From Spirochaetaceae bacterium (GTDB lineage Bacteria > Spirochaetota > Spirochaetia > WTKD01): a stretch of 64,000 nt of DNA. The translations under genes and the position numbers were made by a program. Numbering within the stretch: position 1 is the stretch's first letter; each line of letters begins with the position of its first letter. The stretch is taken from NCBI GenBank assembly GCA_011524535.1, contig WTKD01000013.1, positions 77,371-141,370 on the forward strand, given 5' to 3'. Shown here piece by piece: positions 29,284 to 40,333 of the stretch. The notes under the pieces were generated by a model. That model saw only the letters and a list, made by a program, of their open reading frames with translations. It searched no databases and was not told the origin of the DNA.

Positions 29284-30849
29284 TTAATCAAGCCATACAT
29301 CTCGAAAGATACGTTCACCGGTTGGGTACAATCTGAACCCTCGGACATTCTCTCGAGTAGCCGCATATACAATCGAATGTGCTAATGGAACCCAAGGAGC
29401 ATCTTCAAAAAATATCTCCTGTGCTTCTTCATAGAGAGCTGTTCGCTCTCCGCGATCGCTTGTTTTTTGTGCATCAAGAATAAGCTCATTGAATGCTCGG
29501 TTCCGCCAAAACGCAATATTGAGTGCAGGCTTCTCAGCAGCTTTTTCTGAAAGCAATGTGTATAAGAAGTTGTCGGGGTCTGCATAATCTCCCGTCCATC
29601 CAAGCATAGCCATTCCATGCTCTCCTTCGAAAACCCTGTCTAGATAGGTTCCCCAATCATAGGTTTTGATTTCCACGTTGATGTTAACTTCGCGTAGCTG
29701 TGCTTGCAAAATTTCGGCTGCCCTTCTTCCATTTGGCATATACGGACGCACCACTGGAATTGCCCAAATATCGGATGAAAATCCGTTGGGATATCCTGCT
29801 TCTCTGAGCAAAGCACGAGAACGTTGTGGGTCGTACTCATATTCTGGAGTATCTTCGTTGTAGGACCACAAACTTGGTGGCATAGGGTTTTTCGCCGGAA
29901 TACCGGAGTTTCCATAAACACCCTTGATAAGATCATCTTTGTTTATGGCATGATTGATGGCTTTACGGACCAACACATTGTCGAATGGCTCTTTTTCTAT
30001 GTTCATAGCCAGATAGCCAATGTTAAATCCTTCTTGCTGGATCAATTCAAGTTCATTGTTGCGTCGAATCGATGCAATATCTTCTGGAGATGGAAAATCA
30101 ATGATATCGACTTCACCTTTTTGCAGAGCAAGTAGTCTTGCTGTCGCGTCTGGAATGACCCGCAAGATTAACCTGTTAACGTAGGCTGGCTCTCTCCAAT
30201 AGCGACTGTTTCGAACAAAAACAATCTGAGAATCTTTCTGCCATGAAACGAATACAAATGGTCCGGTTCCAACCGGATTTCTGAAAAATTCTGAACCAAA
30301 TTTTCTTACCGCCGTTGGTGAGACAATCGATGCAAAGTCCATTGCAAGAATAGATACAAATGGGGCAAGACGATCATTCAGAGTGAACTTCACAGTGTAT
30401 TCATCTAGCGCTTCAACAGAAACCAAATAGTCTCCTATGGTGCTGTTGAAATAGTTCCACGGACCATGTTGATAATAAGGATTGCTCTCTTTGAACATTC
30501 TTTCAAAAGTAAACACAACAGCATCCGCATTGAATCGAGTTCTGTCGTGGAATTCAACTCCCCTGCGTAGTCTAAATGTATACTCAAGACCATCTGCCGA
30601 TGCGGACCATGATTCGGCCAGGGCTGGCTGTATAATTGAAGTTCCGGGTTGGAAATCAACCAAGCGATCAAACACCTGTACTGTTGCATAGAACGATTCT
30701 CCATCGGTTTCACGACCTGGATCAAGGCCAACTGAGTCTCCGCCACGTGCAAAGACCAACACACCGCCTCGCTTTTGTGCGAATACAAAAACAGTGCATA
30801 CTAATAATAATACAATTATGATTTTTTTCATGATTCCTCCGAGCTTCAT
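29284..30849 (-). CDS. oppA: Peptide ABC transporter substrate-binding protein (family 5, OppA/DppA-like)
   Basis: 521 aa with a signal peptide. Family-5 SBP sequence features. RBS GGAGGAA present. Confidence 0.8.
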   Translation of the reverse strand: MKLGGIMKKIIIVLLLVCTVFVFAQKRGGVLVFARGGDSVGLDPGRETDGESFYATVQVFDRLVDFQPGTSIIQPALAESWSASADGLEYTFRLRRGVEFHDRTRFNADAVVFTFERMFKESNPYYQHGPWNYFNSTIGDYLVSVEALDEYTVKFTLNDRLAPFVSILAMDFASIVSPTAVRKFGSEFFRNPVGTGPFVFVSWQKDSQIVFVRNSRYWREPAYVNRLILRVIPDATARLLALQKGEVDIIDFPSPEDIASIRRNNELELIQQEGFNIGYLAMNIEKEPFDNVLVRKAINHAINKDDLIKGVYGNSGIPAKNPMPPSLWSYNEDTPEYEYDPQRSRALLREAGYPNGFSSDIWAIPVVRPYMPNGRRAAEILQAQLREVNINVEIKTYDWGTYLDRVFEGEHGMAMLGWTGDYADPDNFLYTLLSEKAAEKPALNIAFWRNRAFNELILDAQKTSDRGERTALYEEAQEIFFEDAPWVPLAHSIVYAATRENVRGFRLYPTGERIFRDVWLD

Positions 30850-30907
30850 TCTATACGAATATAGGGCTCGCGTGAATTATCTTAGACATTTTATATGCTT
30901 TTTATTG

Positions 30908-32821
30908 CTAAGAAATGTCTACGCGCTTGACTCCTCGCGTGTGGAGCCGCTGTCCCTTGGTACTTGATCCCTTAATCGCATAGTCTTGCAGCTTATACTG
31001 CATAGAACGTTTCATATTTCTCCGGATTTCAGAGAAATGAATCGTGATCGTCCCTTTATCGGCCAATGTTATCCCCAGCAAATGCGAGCCTTCGGGGATA
31101 AGCGAGTAAGATTTATTTACCATATATTTCAATATTTTGCACCGCTTGATGTATGCCTGCCCCTGTTGGTTGGTATATACGATGGTGAACACATATCCTT
31201 GTAAGGATTCCTTATCTGCAAAACCACAAAACAATATATCTCCACACATCAATTTTTCTGGTAATGGGACCACACTGTATTGACCATCGGTTCGTAGCAG
31301 GATTATTTTGTCGAATTCGGATGCGAGTAAGGCTCGCTCCCCGGTACTTACCTTGGTACCGATGCTCCTGCGCGTCTTATCGTAATATACCGGTATGTTT
31401 TGTATGGCCACAGCCCGTGCATCAATACCCTCGAAGACTTCTACCTTGCTACGTCTTTCAGGGATGGTTTCAACATATTTTTTTTCTATATCTGAAAGAA
31501 ATTCTTTCGCATACCCAACAACATTCTCTAGTCTGGCTCGTACAATTTCTAAAGAGGTTTGTAGTTGCTCCATATCCTTTCGAGTTTTCTCAATATCATA
31601 GAGTGTAATCTTTCGTATTGGGATGCGTAATAGGTGATCGATATCATTTTTGGTTATTGGGGCATTGTACAATGATGAAATACGTTCGATATGAGGATTC
31701 ATAGATCGAATAATTTCTTCCTCTATGTCCTTGGGCGTCTTTTTGTCTTCGACATTGTGGTATATTCGCTCTTCTATGAAAATTTGTTCGAGACTACGTT
31801 TCCGAAGCTCCTGCAATATCTCATATTTTTCAACCATGAGCATTGCTTCAAGTTGCGTGTACAACTGTTTCGCATGATATTCAATGATCTCAGATACCGA
31901 CATTTGTCTTGGTTTCTCATCACGAATAACCAAAATATCGCTCGATAGACTCACTTCGCAGTCGGTAAACGCATATAAGGTATCAATTACCTCATTGGTG
32001 GTAGTGCCTCGAGTTGTTTTGAGTTCTATTTCAACCGTCTCTGCGGTATAATCATGGATTTCTGCGATATTGCATTTTCGTTTTTGCGATGCCTGCTCTA
32101 TTGAGCGTATGAGAAGCTCGGTACTTTTTCCATAGGGTAGTTCGGTAATACACAATTTCTTATTGTCAATTATGTCTATTTTTGCTCGAACCCGAACCCG
32201 GCCTCGCCCATCGTCGTATTCTCGGGTATCGATAATACCACCGGTCGGAAAATCTGGATATATACGCTTTTTCTTGCCATCCAGCGCTGCCCGTAATGCT
32301 TGCAAAATTTCACGTGGGTTATGAGGGAGTATGGTAGTGGACATACCGACCGCAATCCCCTCAACGCCCAGCTGTAACACCAGGGGCATCATTGCAGGAA
32401 AGGCAATCGGCTCTTTATTTCGTCCATCGTATGAATCCACATAGGATGTTATTTTTTTGTTCAACAGAATCTCTTTGGCATACGAAGAAATTCGGCATTC
32501 GATATATCGAGGAGCCGAAGCCTCATCGCCGGTAAAGATATTCCCAAAATTCCCCTGGGTCTCGATGAACAACCCTTTTTGGGCGAGATTTATAAGTGCC
32601 GCAAAAATACTTTGATCACCGTGCGGATGATATTTCATACATGAACCAATAATATTGGACACTTTATGAAATCGCCCATCATCCATTTCCATAAGGGTGT
32701 GCAATATCCTCCGTTGTACTGGCTTTAGTCCATCTACAATACTCGGAATTGCTCTATCCCGTATTACATAGGAAGCATAATGTAGAAAATTGTGCTCAAA
32801 TAAGCTCTCACAACTCGGCAT
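30908..32821 (-). CDS. parC: DNA topoisomerase IV subunit A, short spirochaete-type form
   Basis: GyrA/ParC N-terminal motifs (RDRAIPSIVDGLKPVQRRIL, active-site Tyr region). Only 637 aa, so it lacks the long GyrA C-terminal beta-pinwheel domain. Overlaps parE by 14 nt. Confidence 0.8.
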   Translation of the reverse strand: MPSCESLFEHNFLHYASYVIRDRAIPSIVDGLKPVQRRILHTLMEMDDGRFHKVSNIIGSCMKYHPHGDQSIFAALINLAQKGLFIETQGNFGNIFTGDEASAPRYIECRISSYAKEILLNKKITSYVDSYDGRNKEPIAFPAMMPLVLQLGVEGIAVGMSTTILPHNPREILQALRAALDGKKKRIYPDFPTGGIIDTREYDDGRGRVRVRAKIDIIDNKKLCITELPYGKSTELLIRSIEQASQKRKCNIAEIHDYTAETVEIELKTTRGTTTNEVIDTLYAFTDCEVSLSSDILVIRDEKPRQMSVSEIIEYHAKQLYTQLEAMLMVEKYEILQELRKRSLEQIFIEERIYHNVEDKKTPKDIEEEIIRSMNPHIERISSLYNAPITKNDIDHLLRIPIRKITLYDIEKTRKDMEQLQTSLEIVRARLENVVGYAKEFLSDIEKKYVETIPERRSKVEVFEGIDARAVAIQNIPVYYDKTRRSIGTKVSTGERALLASEFDKIILLRTDGQYSVVPLPEKLMCGDILFCGFADKESLQGYVFTIVYTNQQGQAYIKRCKILKYMVNKSYSLIPEGSHLLGITLADKGTITIHFSEIRRNMKRSMQYKLQDYAIKGSSTKGQRLHTRGVKRVDIS

Positions 32822-34607
32822 CGGTCAAATGCTCCATAATAAAATGCCTTCTTTTTGGTGTGTTATTACCCATATAAAACAAAAGAGTATCCTTCATAGC
32901 CCCGATTTGAGAAAGTTCTACCGGTAATAATCGAATATCTTCCCCAATGAAAGAACGGAACTCCTGAGGAGATATCTCCCCCAGGCCCTTGAATCGTGTG
33001 ATTTCTGCATGTTGTATCGAACGCAATGCTTCTGTTTTTTCTTGTTCGGTATAGCAATACACCTGTTCTTTTTTGTTTCGAACCCGGAATATCGGTGTTT
33101 CAAGAATAGAGATATGTCCCGAAACAACAAGCCCTTCATAATATCTAATAAAAAATGTAAGAAGCAAATTTCTAATATGATACCCATCGTGATCAGCATC
33201 GGTAGCGATGACGATACGTTCGTATCTGAGTTGATCGGTGTCCTGTTCTATGCCCAATGCAACCACCAAATTGTACAACTCTTCTACATGATAGATATCG
33301 GTTGGTTTTTTTGCTACCATGTTTTTTGGTTTTCCCCGCAAGGCGAACACCGCTTGAGTATATACGTTCCGTGCATTAACAATCGAACCAGCAGCAGATT
33401 GTCCTTCCGTTATGAATAGAGTTGTTTCTTCTCCATGTTTCTGGTGACCCCGATGATATTTGCAGTCACGAAGATTTCCTATCGTAATCGAAAACTTTTT
33501 GGCAGCTCCCCGCACTTTTTTTCTCAATTGGCTGAGTTCTTTGCGCAACTTCTCATTTCGCTGCAGTATCGACTGTAGCTCATCTCGAGCTGCTTGATTC
33601 TGTAAAAAGAAGTCCTGTACAGCCGTGCGTGTTTCTTGCAAAATCCAGGGTCGAATATCTGTGTTTCCAAGTTTATTTTTTGTTTGGCTCTCAAATATAG
33701 GGTCCTGAATACGCACCGAAAGGGCGGCAACCAGCCCCTCTTTTAAGTCAGAACTGATATATGTTGTTTTAAAAAAGTCATTGACTCCCCTAAGCAATCC
33801 TTCTCTAAATGCATTCTGGTGGGTTCCTCCATCGCTTGTGTATTGCCCGTTTACAAAAGAAGAGACGGTTTCACCGTATTGATCTGTGTGCGTAAAGGCA
33901 AACTCGAGTTGTTTGGTTTTTTTATGACATATTTCATAATTACCCTCTCCTCCAAGGGTGTGTACAACATAATCGTATAAGCCTTGCTCGGAGTAAAAAC
34001 GTTCTTTTCCGAACATCAATTCTAGTTTTGGATTCAAGAAAGAATATCTTAATAGCGCTTCCCGAATCAAACTTTGTGAGAATGAATATGGGGGGAAAAT
34101 GGTATCATCTGGACGAAATTCAACATAAGTCCCATCTAGCGTTTTGCAAGAACCAGAGCCCTCCTTTTGCAACACGCCCCTCACAAACAACGCTTCAACG
34201 AACTTCTTTTTGCGAACCGAACGGATAAGAAAATGAGAAGACAAGGCATTGACCGCCTTAATGCCTACCCCATTCAAACCCACACTAAACTGAAACACGT
34301 CCGTGTTATACTTCGCGCCCGTGTTTATAACAGAGGCACAATCGATCAGTTTGCCAAACGGAATTCCTCTACCGTGATCGCGTACGCACACCAAGTTATC
34401 GTCGTTGACAGAAATATCAATACGAGATCCAAACCCCATGATGAATTCATCAACACTATTATCTATTACTTCTTTCAGCATGACATATATGCCATCGTGA
34501 GATTGACTTCCCGTACCCAATCGACCAATATACATACCACTACGCAAACGTATGTGCTCGAGTGATCCTAAGGTTGTTACTGTAGACTCATCGTATTTTT
34601 TTGCCAT
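32808..34607 (-). CDS. parE: DNA topoisomerase IV subunit B
   Basis: GHKL ATPase motifs, TOPRIM (EGDSA-like ITEGQSAAGS) and a C-terminal tail. 599 aa matches spirochaete ParE. Confidence 0.85.
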   Translation of the reverse strand: MAKKYDESTVTTLGSLEHIRLRSGMYIGRLGTGSQSHDGIYVMLKEVIDNSVDEFIMGFGSRIDISVNDDNLVCVRDHGRGIPFGKLIDCASVINTGAKYNTDVFQFSVGLNGVGIKAVNALSSHFLIRSVRKKKFVEALFVRGVLQKEGSGSCKTLDGTYVEFRPDDTIFPPYSFSQSLIREALLRYSFLNPKLELMFGKERFYSEQGLYDYVVHTLGGEGNYEICHKKTKQLEFAFTHTDQYGETVSSFVNGQYTSDGGTHQNAFREGLLRGVNDFFKTTYISSDLKEGLVAALSVRIQDPIFESQTKNKLGNTDIRPWILQETRTAVQDFFLQNQAARDELQSILQRNEKLRKELSQLRKKVRGAAKKFSITIGNLRDCKYHRGHQKHGEETTLFITEGQSAAGSIVNARNVYTQAVFALRGKPKNMVAKKPTDIYHVEELYNLVVALGIEQDTDQLRYERIVIATDADHDGYHIRNLLLTFFIRYYEGLVVSGHISILETPIFRVRNKKEQVYCYTEQEKTEALRSIQHAEITRFKGLGEISPQEFRSFIGEDIRLLPVELSQIGAMKDTLLFYMGNNTPKRRHFIMEHLTDAEL

Positions 34608-34759
34608 ATTTCCTGATTTCTATTCGCGTATTCCCAATAAAGTAAGTAAATCCACTCAAAAACGTATCCAGTATACCAATGGTAATCATGTAGATAAAGA
34701 CAGAACAAAAAATTTACAAACGTATCCTACAAAAAGTGTTTTTATGGTTAAATGTACGT

Positions 34760-36526
34760 ATGAGACCTGAATACGTTGACTTAAGTAACAAGGAGCGAAA
34801 TGCTGTCCTGTCGCAAAATGGAAATTTCAGTTCAACCGAACGAGAAATATTTCAATGGTTGTGCAATAATTACGTCGAACAAATATCCTATGAAAACGTA
34901 TTGGATGCTATTTTTAACAAATTCCCAAACGCAAAGAATACCCTAAGACTCCTGATATCAAAATTGCAACAGTCCGGAATAGCTGTTCTTCGAACAGAAA
35001 CAAAGCTAAACAATCAAACTCCATCATACATTATATTGACAAACAAGTATGATGAAAAATTCTGTAATCAGCTGGTAGAAGAGCTAACCCTCGAAGCAAC
35101 CATCAACCCTGAAACTCCTCTACCCCTAATCTCTGAACTACGAAAATCTAACTATTCCGATATGATCTACAATATACCTGAGATATCTCTGCAGGAACTC
35201 GATATTATTTATGAAGAAACCAGTGTTCCAGATACCGTATCGCTAATGGTCTTCGAGAAAGAAGGCTTGTGTATTTCTACCAAAAATTTGCCTTTACTCG
35301 TAGATGCGCTAATTTTGAAGATTCGCTATTTCTTTTCAAGTGCTGACTTTTTGGCCGATGTGGCAAAAGCTACCGAGACAACATTTACTAATATTCAAGA
35401 AAAAATCAAGAGCACCGATGTCCGCAATTGGCATGATCTTACTACCGCACTAGTCAAGCATCGAGAATCAATTTTTGCAAATACAAGACTAGACACAAGT
35501 AAAGAAATCCTTATCTATGCGGTTATTCTTTCAAAGGTGTCCGGCAGAATTATTCAAGAGGATCATGAAGAGCAACAGGCCCACCTCGTGAAGCAGGAAC
35601 TACTCGATGATCTGCTACAAACCATGAAGGACCATCCCACAAATATAGTGACCAAGGAAGAATTTTCAAACATGCTCGCTCCCATACAGCAGAGCTTGGG
35701 GGATGACTTTTCAAAATTCATTGCAGACTTTGAGGCAACGTATGTAAAACCAATAAATACTCCCGTTACACCAACAATTGTGTTGCTAGAACTTGGGTAT
35801 GTACACATCAATAAATTTTTCTCTTATTTCTATGATGAATTCATTCGCCTCAAAGTATATCTCAAAGATTGGGTTGCCCAAGAAGTACTCGATAGTCTGC
35901 GTTCCAGTACCACTCACCCTCTTATGCTTTCTTATCAGAGTTATGTGCAAACAATTACGAAAGAAGTCACCAAGAAGAGCCCCTTCGTTTCAACCATACT
36001 AAAACACCCACGATTACTCGCAGATAGCGTCTTAATTCATGGTCGTGAGACGCTGAAATCGGATAGCATAAAAACCATGGAAAAGCTTCTTGGAATATTC
36101 TTCTACAAAGAAACAATGGAACTCAAAGAATATGAGAAAATATTTGATTTAAATATTGGGGGTATTGTAAGAAATGCTTGCAAACGTATGCCTCTATTTA
36201 CACGAATTTGGTGGACTATCACGGGGAAAACCAAACAAATAATCGAACGGTATAGAAATGATTTCAGGGGTAAAGAGTTTGACGAGAATGCCGGCTCCGA
36301 ATGGAGCAAAGACAATATGGTAGACGGCATTGGCAATACACGTATTATGATCAATAAAACAAAAAAAAGTGAAGCTCTCACAAACAAAGAATCTCTTTCT
36401 CAAAGAAGAAAAAAGAATGCGGAAGTTAAACAGGAAGCCATCGAAAAGGGACGCGAAATGTCGAATAAGAATCAAAATGTAGATCAACTCTGGAAAGATT
36501 TTCGTAAAGCGATAAAACGAGACTAG
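34760..36526 (+). CDS. Hypothetical protein, largely alpha-helical with a Lys/Glu-rich C-terminal tail
   Basis: Long ORF with coding-like composition. First ATG is 34760; the track starts at GTG 34736. No motif recognised. Confidence 0.4.
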   Translation: MRPEYVDLSNKERNAVLSQNGNFSSTEREIFQWLCNNYVEQISYENVLDAIFNKFPNAKNTLRLLISKLQQSGIAVLRTETKLNNQTPSYIILTNKYDEKFCNQLVEELTLEATINPETPLPLISELRKSNYSDMIYNIPEISLQELDIIYEETSVPDTVSLMVFEKEGLCISTKNLPLLVDALILKIRYFFSSADFLADVAKATETTFTNIQEKIKSTDVRNWHDLTTALVKHRESIFANTRLDTSKEILIYAVILSKVSGRIIQEDHEEQQAHLVKQELLDDLLQTMKDHPTNIVTKEEFSNMLAPIQQSLGDDFSKFIADFEATYVKPINTPVTPTIVLLELGYVHINKFFSYFYDEFIRLKVYLKDWVAQEVLDSLRSSTTHPLMLSYQSYVQTITKEVTKKSPFVSTILKHPRLLADSVLIHGRETLKSDSIKTMEKLLGIFFYKETMELKEYEKIFDLNIGGIVRNACKRMPLFTRIWWTITGKTKQIIERYRNDFRGKEFDENAGSEWSKDNMVDGIGNTRIMINKTKKSEALTNKESLSQRRKKNAEVKQEAIEKGREMSNKNQNVDQLWKDFRKAIKRD

Positions 36527-36535
36527 TCCAAGATC

Positions 36536-37633
36536 ATGATAATAGTTGGTGGGGGTGTGTTTGGGTGCCTCATCGCACTTTATTTGCGAAAATATCTTCC
36601 CAAATTGGTATTCTCAATAGTAGATCCCCATGACCATCTTATGAGCCATTGGATGCATAGAACTTCCATATGTGGCATGACGCACCTCAGATCTCCAGTT
36701 TCACACAGTATCTCACCAGATTTTTCAGCAATGCTCACCTATGCGAAGCGTAATGGGTATCCTAAATCCACATTCCAACAGCCTTATTGGAGACCATCTC
36801 TCTCTCTATTCAATACATTCTCGCAACATCTGATCGAAACCCACGCACTCGAAAAAGCTCATATTCAAGAAGCCGTTGTAGAAATAAAGAAAGAAAAACA
36901 CGAGTGGGTACTTAGAACAAACACAGGTGAGCTGAAATCTCCAAGGATTATTCTGGCCTTAGGAAGACCTATTAAACCTCCTGCATTCGGTATTTCAGCC
37001 TTCGATCCTCAATTCTCACCTTCTTCATATACCAGATCAAAAGAATTATTTCTATTCGGGGCTGGGATGACCGGTGTTCAATTGGCGACATCACTCGTTA
37101 AAATGGGTAATAAAGTGAACCTCATCTCCAGACATCCATTATACCTACGTCAATTCGATAGCAACCCATGCTATATCGGACCAAAATGTGGCAGAACATT
37201 TCACCAAACTTTGAACATCCAAGAACGCCAGACTATTATTACTACAGCTAGATACCCAGGCTCCATCACACCCGATGTACACGCAGAGTTGAACGCTATC
37301 AAAGAAAAATACCCCGAAAAACTCGCCATTCATACCGGGAAAGAATCTACGAGGTATTATCTCGATCTAGCACAAAACATGCCCAGTAAAAGGGTTATTT
37401 TCGCTACTGGTTTTGGAAGATTTTCAGCAAAAGATTCCTTGCTAGTGTCTATCGGTGAAAATACGAATTCCACAATTGCACCCAACGGCACTCCTATACC
37501 AAACAGTAGTTCTGAATGGGTCGATGGACTATTCCTAACCGGGTCTCTTGCCGAACTCTCCATAGGGCCAGCCGCTCAAAATATTATTGGAGCCCATATT
37601 GCCGCAAGAAAAATTATATCCGCTCTTATGTAA
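36536..37633 (+). CDS. FAD/NAD(P)-binding oxidoreductase (two dinucleotide-binding motifs)
   Basis: MIIVGGGVFG Rossmann motif at the N-terminus and a second LFGAGMTGVQLA motif about 165 aa later. Consistent with class-B flavin monooxygenase or pyridine-nucleotide-disulfide-oxidoreductase-like folds. Confidence 0.55.
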   Translation: MIIVGGGVFGCLIALYLRKYLPKLVFSIVDPHDHLMSHWMHRTSICGMTHLRSPVSHSISPDFSAMLTYAKRNGYPKSTFQQPYWRPSLSLFNTFSQHLIETHALEKAHIQEAVVEIKKEKHEWVLRTNTGELKSPRIILALGRPIKPPAFGISAFDPQFSPSSYTRSKELFLFGAGMTGVQLATSLVKMGNKVNLISRHPLYLRQFDSNPCYIGPKCGRTFHQTLNIQERQTIITTARYPGSITPDVHAELNAIKEKYPEKLAIHTGKESTRYYLDLAQNMPSKRVIFATGFGRFSAKDSLLVSIGENTNSTIAPNGTPIPNSSSEWVDGLFLTGSLAELSIGPAAQNIIGAHIAARKIISALM

Positions 37634-37774
37634 TGGACTAATCTCTGTTTTCGCAGACTTAGCATTCAGATACTCTGTTAGCCCGTCAATATACATTCCA
37701 TCTAAATATATAATTTCTTATGTAGAAATATATAACTTAATTGACTTATTAGAGGTAATTTGATAGAGTTAACC

Positions 37775-38206
37775 ATGAATAAACTATACATAGTAACAAT
37801 CTTACTTATTCTTACAGGTGCAGCAGCCCTCTTTGCTCAGGAGAATAACGCCGAAGAAACCGATACCAACGAGCAAATGAATCGACTGAACATTAGCTTC
37901 TCCAGTGAAGAATTCTTTTTAAATGAGTATCAAAAAGCACATAGCCTGTACCAAAACGGCATGACCATTTTTTGGATTGGGATTGCATTGACATCTGCCA
38001 CCAGTGTTCTGGGATCTATTTCATTAACATTGACCAATATAGAAGCAATTGATCCGAACGTGGGACAGGTAATATCTTCGACTGGCTTTGCCCTCGCAGG
38101 TGCATCAACGTTATTAAGTGTTGCTGGAGCTACCGCCTGGTGGAGTGGAAGTAATAGAATTCTATCACTCGTAGAATCACGAGATCGATTATTTACTGAA
38201 CGCTAG
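37775..38206 (+). CDS. Small secreted/membrane protein, hypothetical
   Basis: Signal-peptide-like MNKLYIVTILLILTGAAALFA followed by two hydrophobic segments. About 143 aa. Confidence 0.4.
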   Translation: MNKLYIVTILLILTGAAALFAQENNAEETDTNEQMNRLNISFSSEEFFLNEYQKAHSLYQNGMTIFWIGIALTSATSVLGSISLTLTNIEAIDPNVGQVISSTGFALAGASTLLSVAGATAWWSGSNRILSLVESRDRLFTER

Positions 38207-38261
38207 TGCCTATAGTGTAGATACAGAAAAATCATTGTCGACCTCCTTGGTATTCGAAATA

Positions 38262-40163
38262 TCAAGCTGTCTGATTGATAAGGTCCAAAAACATTTGTTC
38301 GGTTAAGAATGTAATTCCTAAGCTTCTTGCTTTTTGAGCTTTTTGCGACTGTGATTCGAGTGATTCGACGACGATATAGTCAAGAGACCCACCAACACTA
38401 GTCGCGACGCTTCCACCTCGCTGGGTAACCAACTCCGATGCTTTTTTTCTTGTTATGTTACTCAAGGAGCCAGTAAAGCAAAACGACTTACCCGTTAAGG
38501 GAGTTTCTACGTCCTGTTCTTCTTCCAGCATAACAATCATTTTTTTCTGTATCATGCCACGTATCGTACCAACATGTACGCGAAGTTCACGTACCAAGGA
38601 TTCTGCAAGCGTTGTTCCGATCCCATGAATGGCACACAGAGCCTCAATCGTGACATCTTCTAAAGACTCTATTGTTGTATATCCTGCCTGCGTGATCGCA
38701 CGAGCCGTTAAAACACCAATCCCGGCCATATCGAACCCGGCCATGCATGCAGCAAGACTCAACGATGATTTATTCTGTAATTCCTGTAATAAATTGTCAG
38801 CCAATTTTTCACCGAATCGATCAATACCAACCAATTGTGTTTTTGTAAGTCTATACAGATCAGGGATATCGCTAATCAAGCCAAGTTCAAATAATTGTTC
38901 CACACGCTTTTTGCCAAACCCCTCCAAAGAAAGCATAGAAATCCATTTTTGCGTGCGGTGCATTGCCCGAAGTCGGCAATGAGGATTTACACAGGATATA
39001 TCGGTTAATCCTCTATGTAATATATCTTTACATACATCGCATCTCAAAGGAGGTAGGGAAAGATAGGCCCCTTCCGGAATATCGAGAGCCATTTCGATTT
39101 TTGGTATAATTTCGCCCCGTTTCGAGACTATAATCCTGGACCCAATAGAAAGGTTCAGGTCTTGTATGCTCTGAAGATTCACCAAACTTGCCCTTTTTAC
39201 TACGGTTCCATGAAGGTGCACTGGGACAAAGCAAGCAATAGGAGAAATCCTGTGCCCATTTCTGTTCCATGCTATCGATTCAAGAATCGTACTTGCTTGT
39301 TGATTATCGAATTTAAACGCTACTTGCTTCTCTGGGCGAGGTCTTGCACTATCTTCTTCATCTATATCGATTCCTTTTATCACCAGCCCATCTATGTCAT
39401 AGGGTATAGAGGCTCGCCGTTCAATAACCGATTCTCGATAGGCCAATACATCTTGCACCGATTTTTTCTCGATCGTTTCAACTACGTTGAATGACTGTTC
39501 CACAAGCCAATCAATCTTTTTTCGTTCATTCTCAAAATATGATTCGATTTCTGTGCTGCGGGCATCATAGACTATGAGTTTCAGAAACTGAACTCCTATT
39601 CCATCTTTACGCTTCATCAATCCGCTGGTTGTGTTTCGAGTATTTGCAAGGTCAGGGAATTCGGTGGTGTGTACATCGCGATCCATAATCACCTCCCCGC
39701 GTACCCCTCCAGTGAAGGTCTCATCAATAACAAAAGGAATTCCTGGAATTCTCACAGCATTGTGGGTTAGGTCATCACCCACTAAACCATTGCCTCGTGA
39801 AACACCTGAAACCAATAGTCCTTTGTCGTATTGAAGTTCAAAACTGACCCCATCCAGTTTATGCTGTATCAGATATATATCGAATGTCAGTTTTTCTGCC
39901 CAAGCCGTAAAAGATTCTGCATCATTCACTTTGTTTTGCGAATGCATAAACAAGCGATGCTGTTTTTTTGCGTATTGTGAGTCTTCGTCGCGCCCGATTC
40001 CATGGAGAACAGGGTGTTGAGGAGTTAAAACCGTAAGCTCATCCCACAGCGCATCAAATGTTTCATCTGTAATTTTTGCGGATCCTGAATAATACAAATC
40101 CTGATGATGTATGATGAGCCTTGCAAGATGTTCGATACGTTTTCTTTTTTCTACTTCTCTCAT
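38262..40163 (-). CDS. ligA: NAD-dependent DNA ligase
   Basis: KxDG adenylation motif (LQHKLDGVSFEL), OB-fold region, Zn-finger Cys cluster, HhH region and a C-terminal BRCT. Start taken at MREVEKRK (40163); the track's extra N-terminal extension is rejected. Confidence 0.9.
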   Translation of the reverse strand: MREVEKRKRIEHLARLIIHHQDLYYSGSAKITDETFDALWDELTVLTPQHPVLHGIGRDEDSQYAKKQHRLFMHSQNKVNDAESFTAWAEKLTFDIYLIQHKLDGVSFELQYDKGLLVSGVSRGNGLVGDDLTHNAVRIPGIPFVIDETFTGGVRGEVIMDRDVHTTEFPDLANTRNTTSGLMKRKDGIGVQFLKLIVYDARSTEIESYFENERKKIDWLVEQSFNVVETIEKKSVQDVLAYRESVIERRASIPYDIDGLVIKGIDIDEEDSARPRPEKQVAFKFDNQQASTILESIAWNRNGHRISPIACFVPVHLHGTVVKRASLVNLQSIQDLNLSIGSRIIVSKRGEIIPKIEMALDIPEGAYLSLPPLRCDVCKDILHRGLTDISCVNPHCRLRAMHRTQKWISMLSLEGFGKKRVEQLFELGLISDIPDLYRLTKTQLVGIDRFGEKLADNLLQELQNKSSLSLAACMAGFDMAGIGVLTARAITQAGYTTIESLEDVTIEALCAIHGIGTTLAESLVRELRVHVGTIRGMIQKKMIVMLEEEQDVETPLTGKSFCFTGSLSNITRKKASELVTQRGGSVATSVGGSLDYIVVESLESQSQKAQKARSLGITFLTEQMFLDLINQTA

Positions 40164-40333
40164 GACACATGCATATATTATAGTGACAGTGTACGTACAA
40201 ATGACTTGATGCATCAAGATAGCATCATTGAAGGATACGAATGGCTCGCTGTATATTTTTTCTAATACCATACAGGGCAAATACTAGTCGGATACTTACC
40301 CTATGCTGTCCATAGAAGTATGATTAAGGATCG

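Noticed and set aside
40164-40280. N-terminal extensions of track ORFs: ligA to 40280, pepT to 62067, oppD to 27448, msrB to 57838.
   Set aside because: Internal Met codons align with the conserved N-termini of the respective families. In the msrB case a consensus GGAGG precedes the internal start, and in the oppD case the internal start is translationally coupled to the upstream stop.
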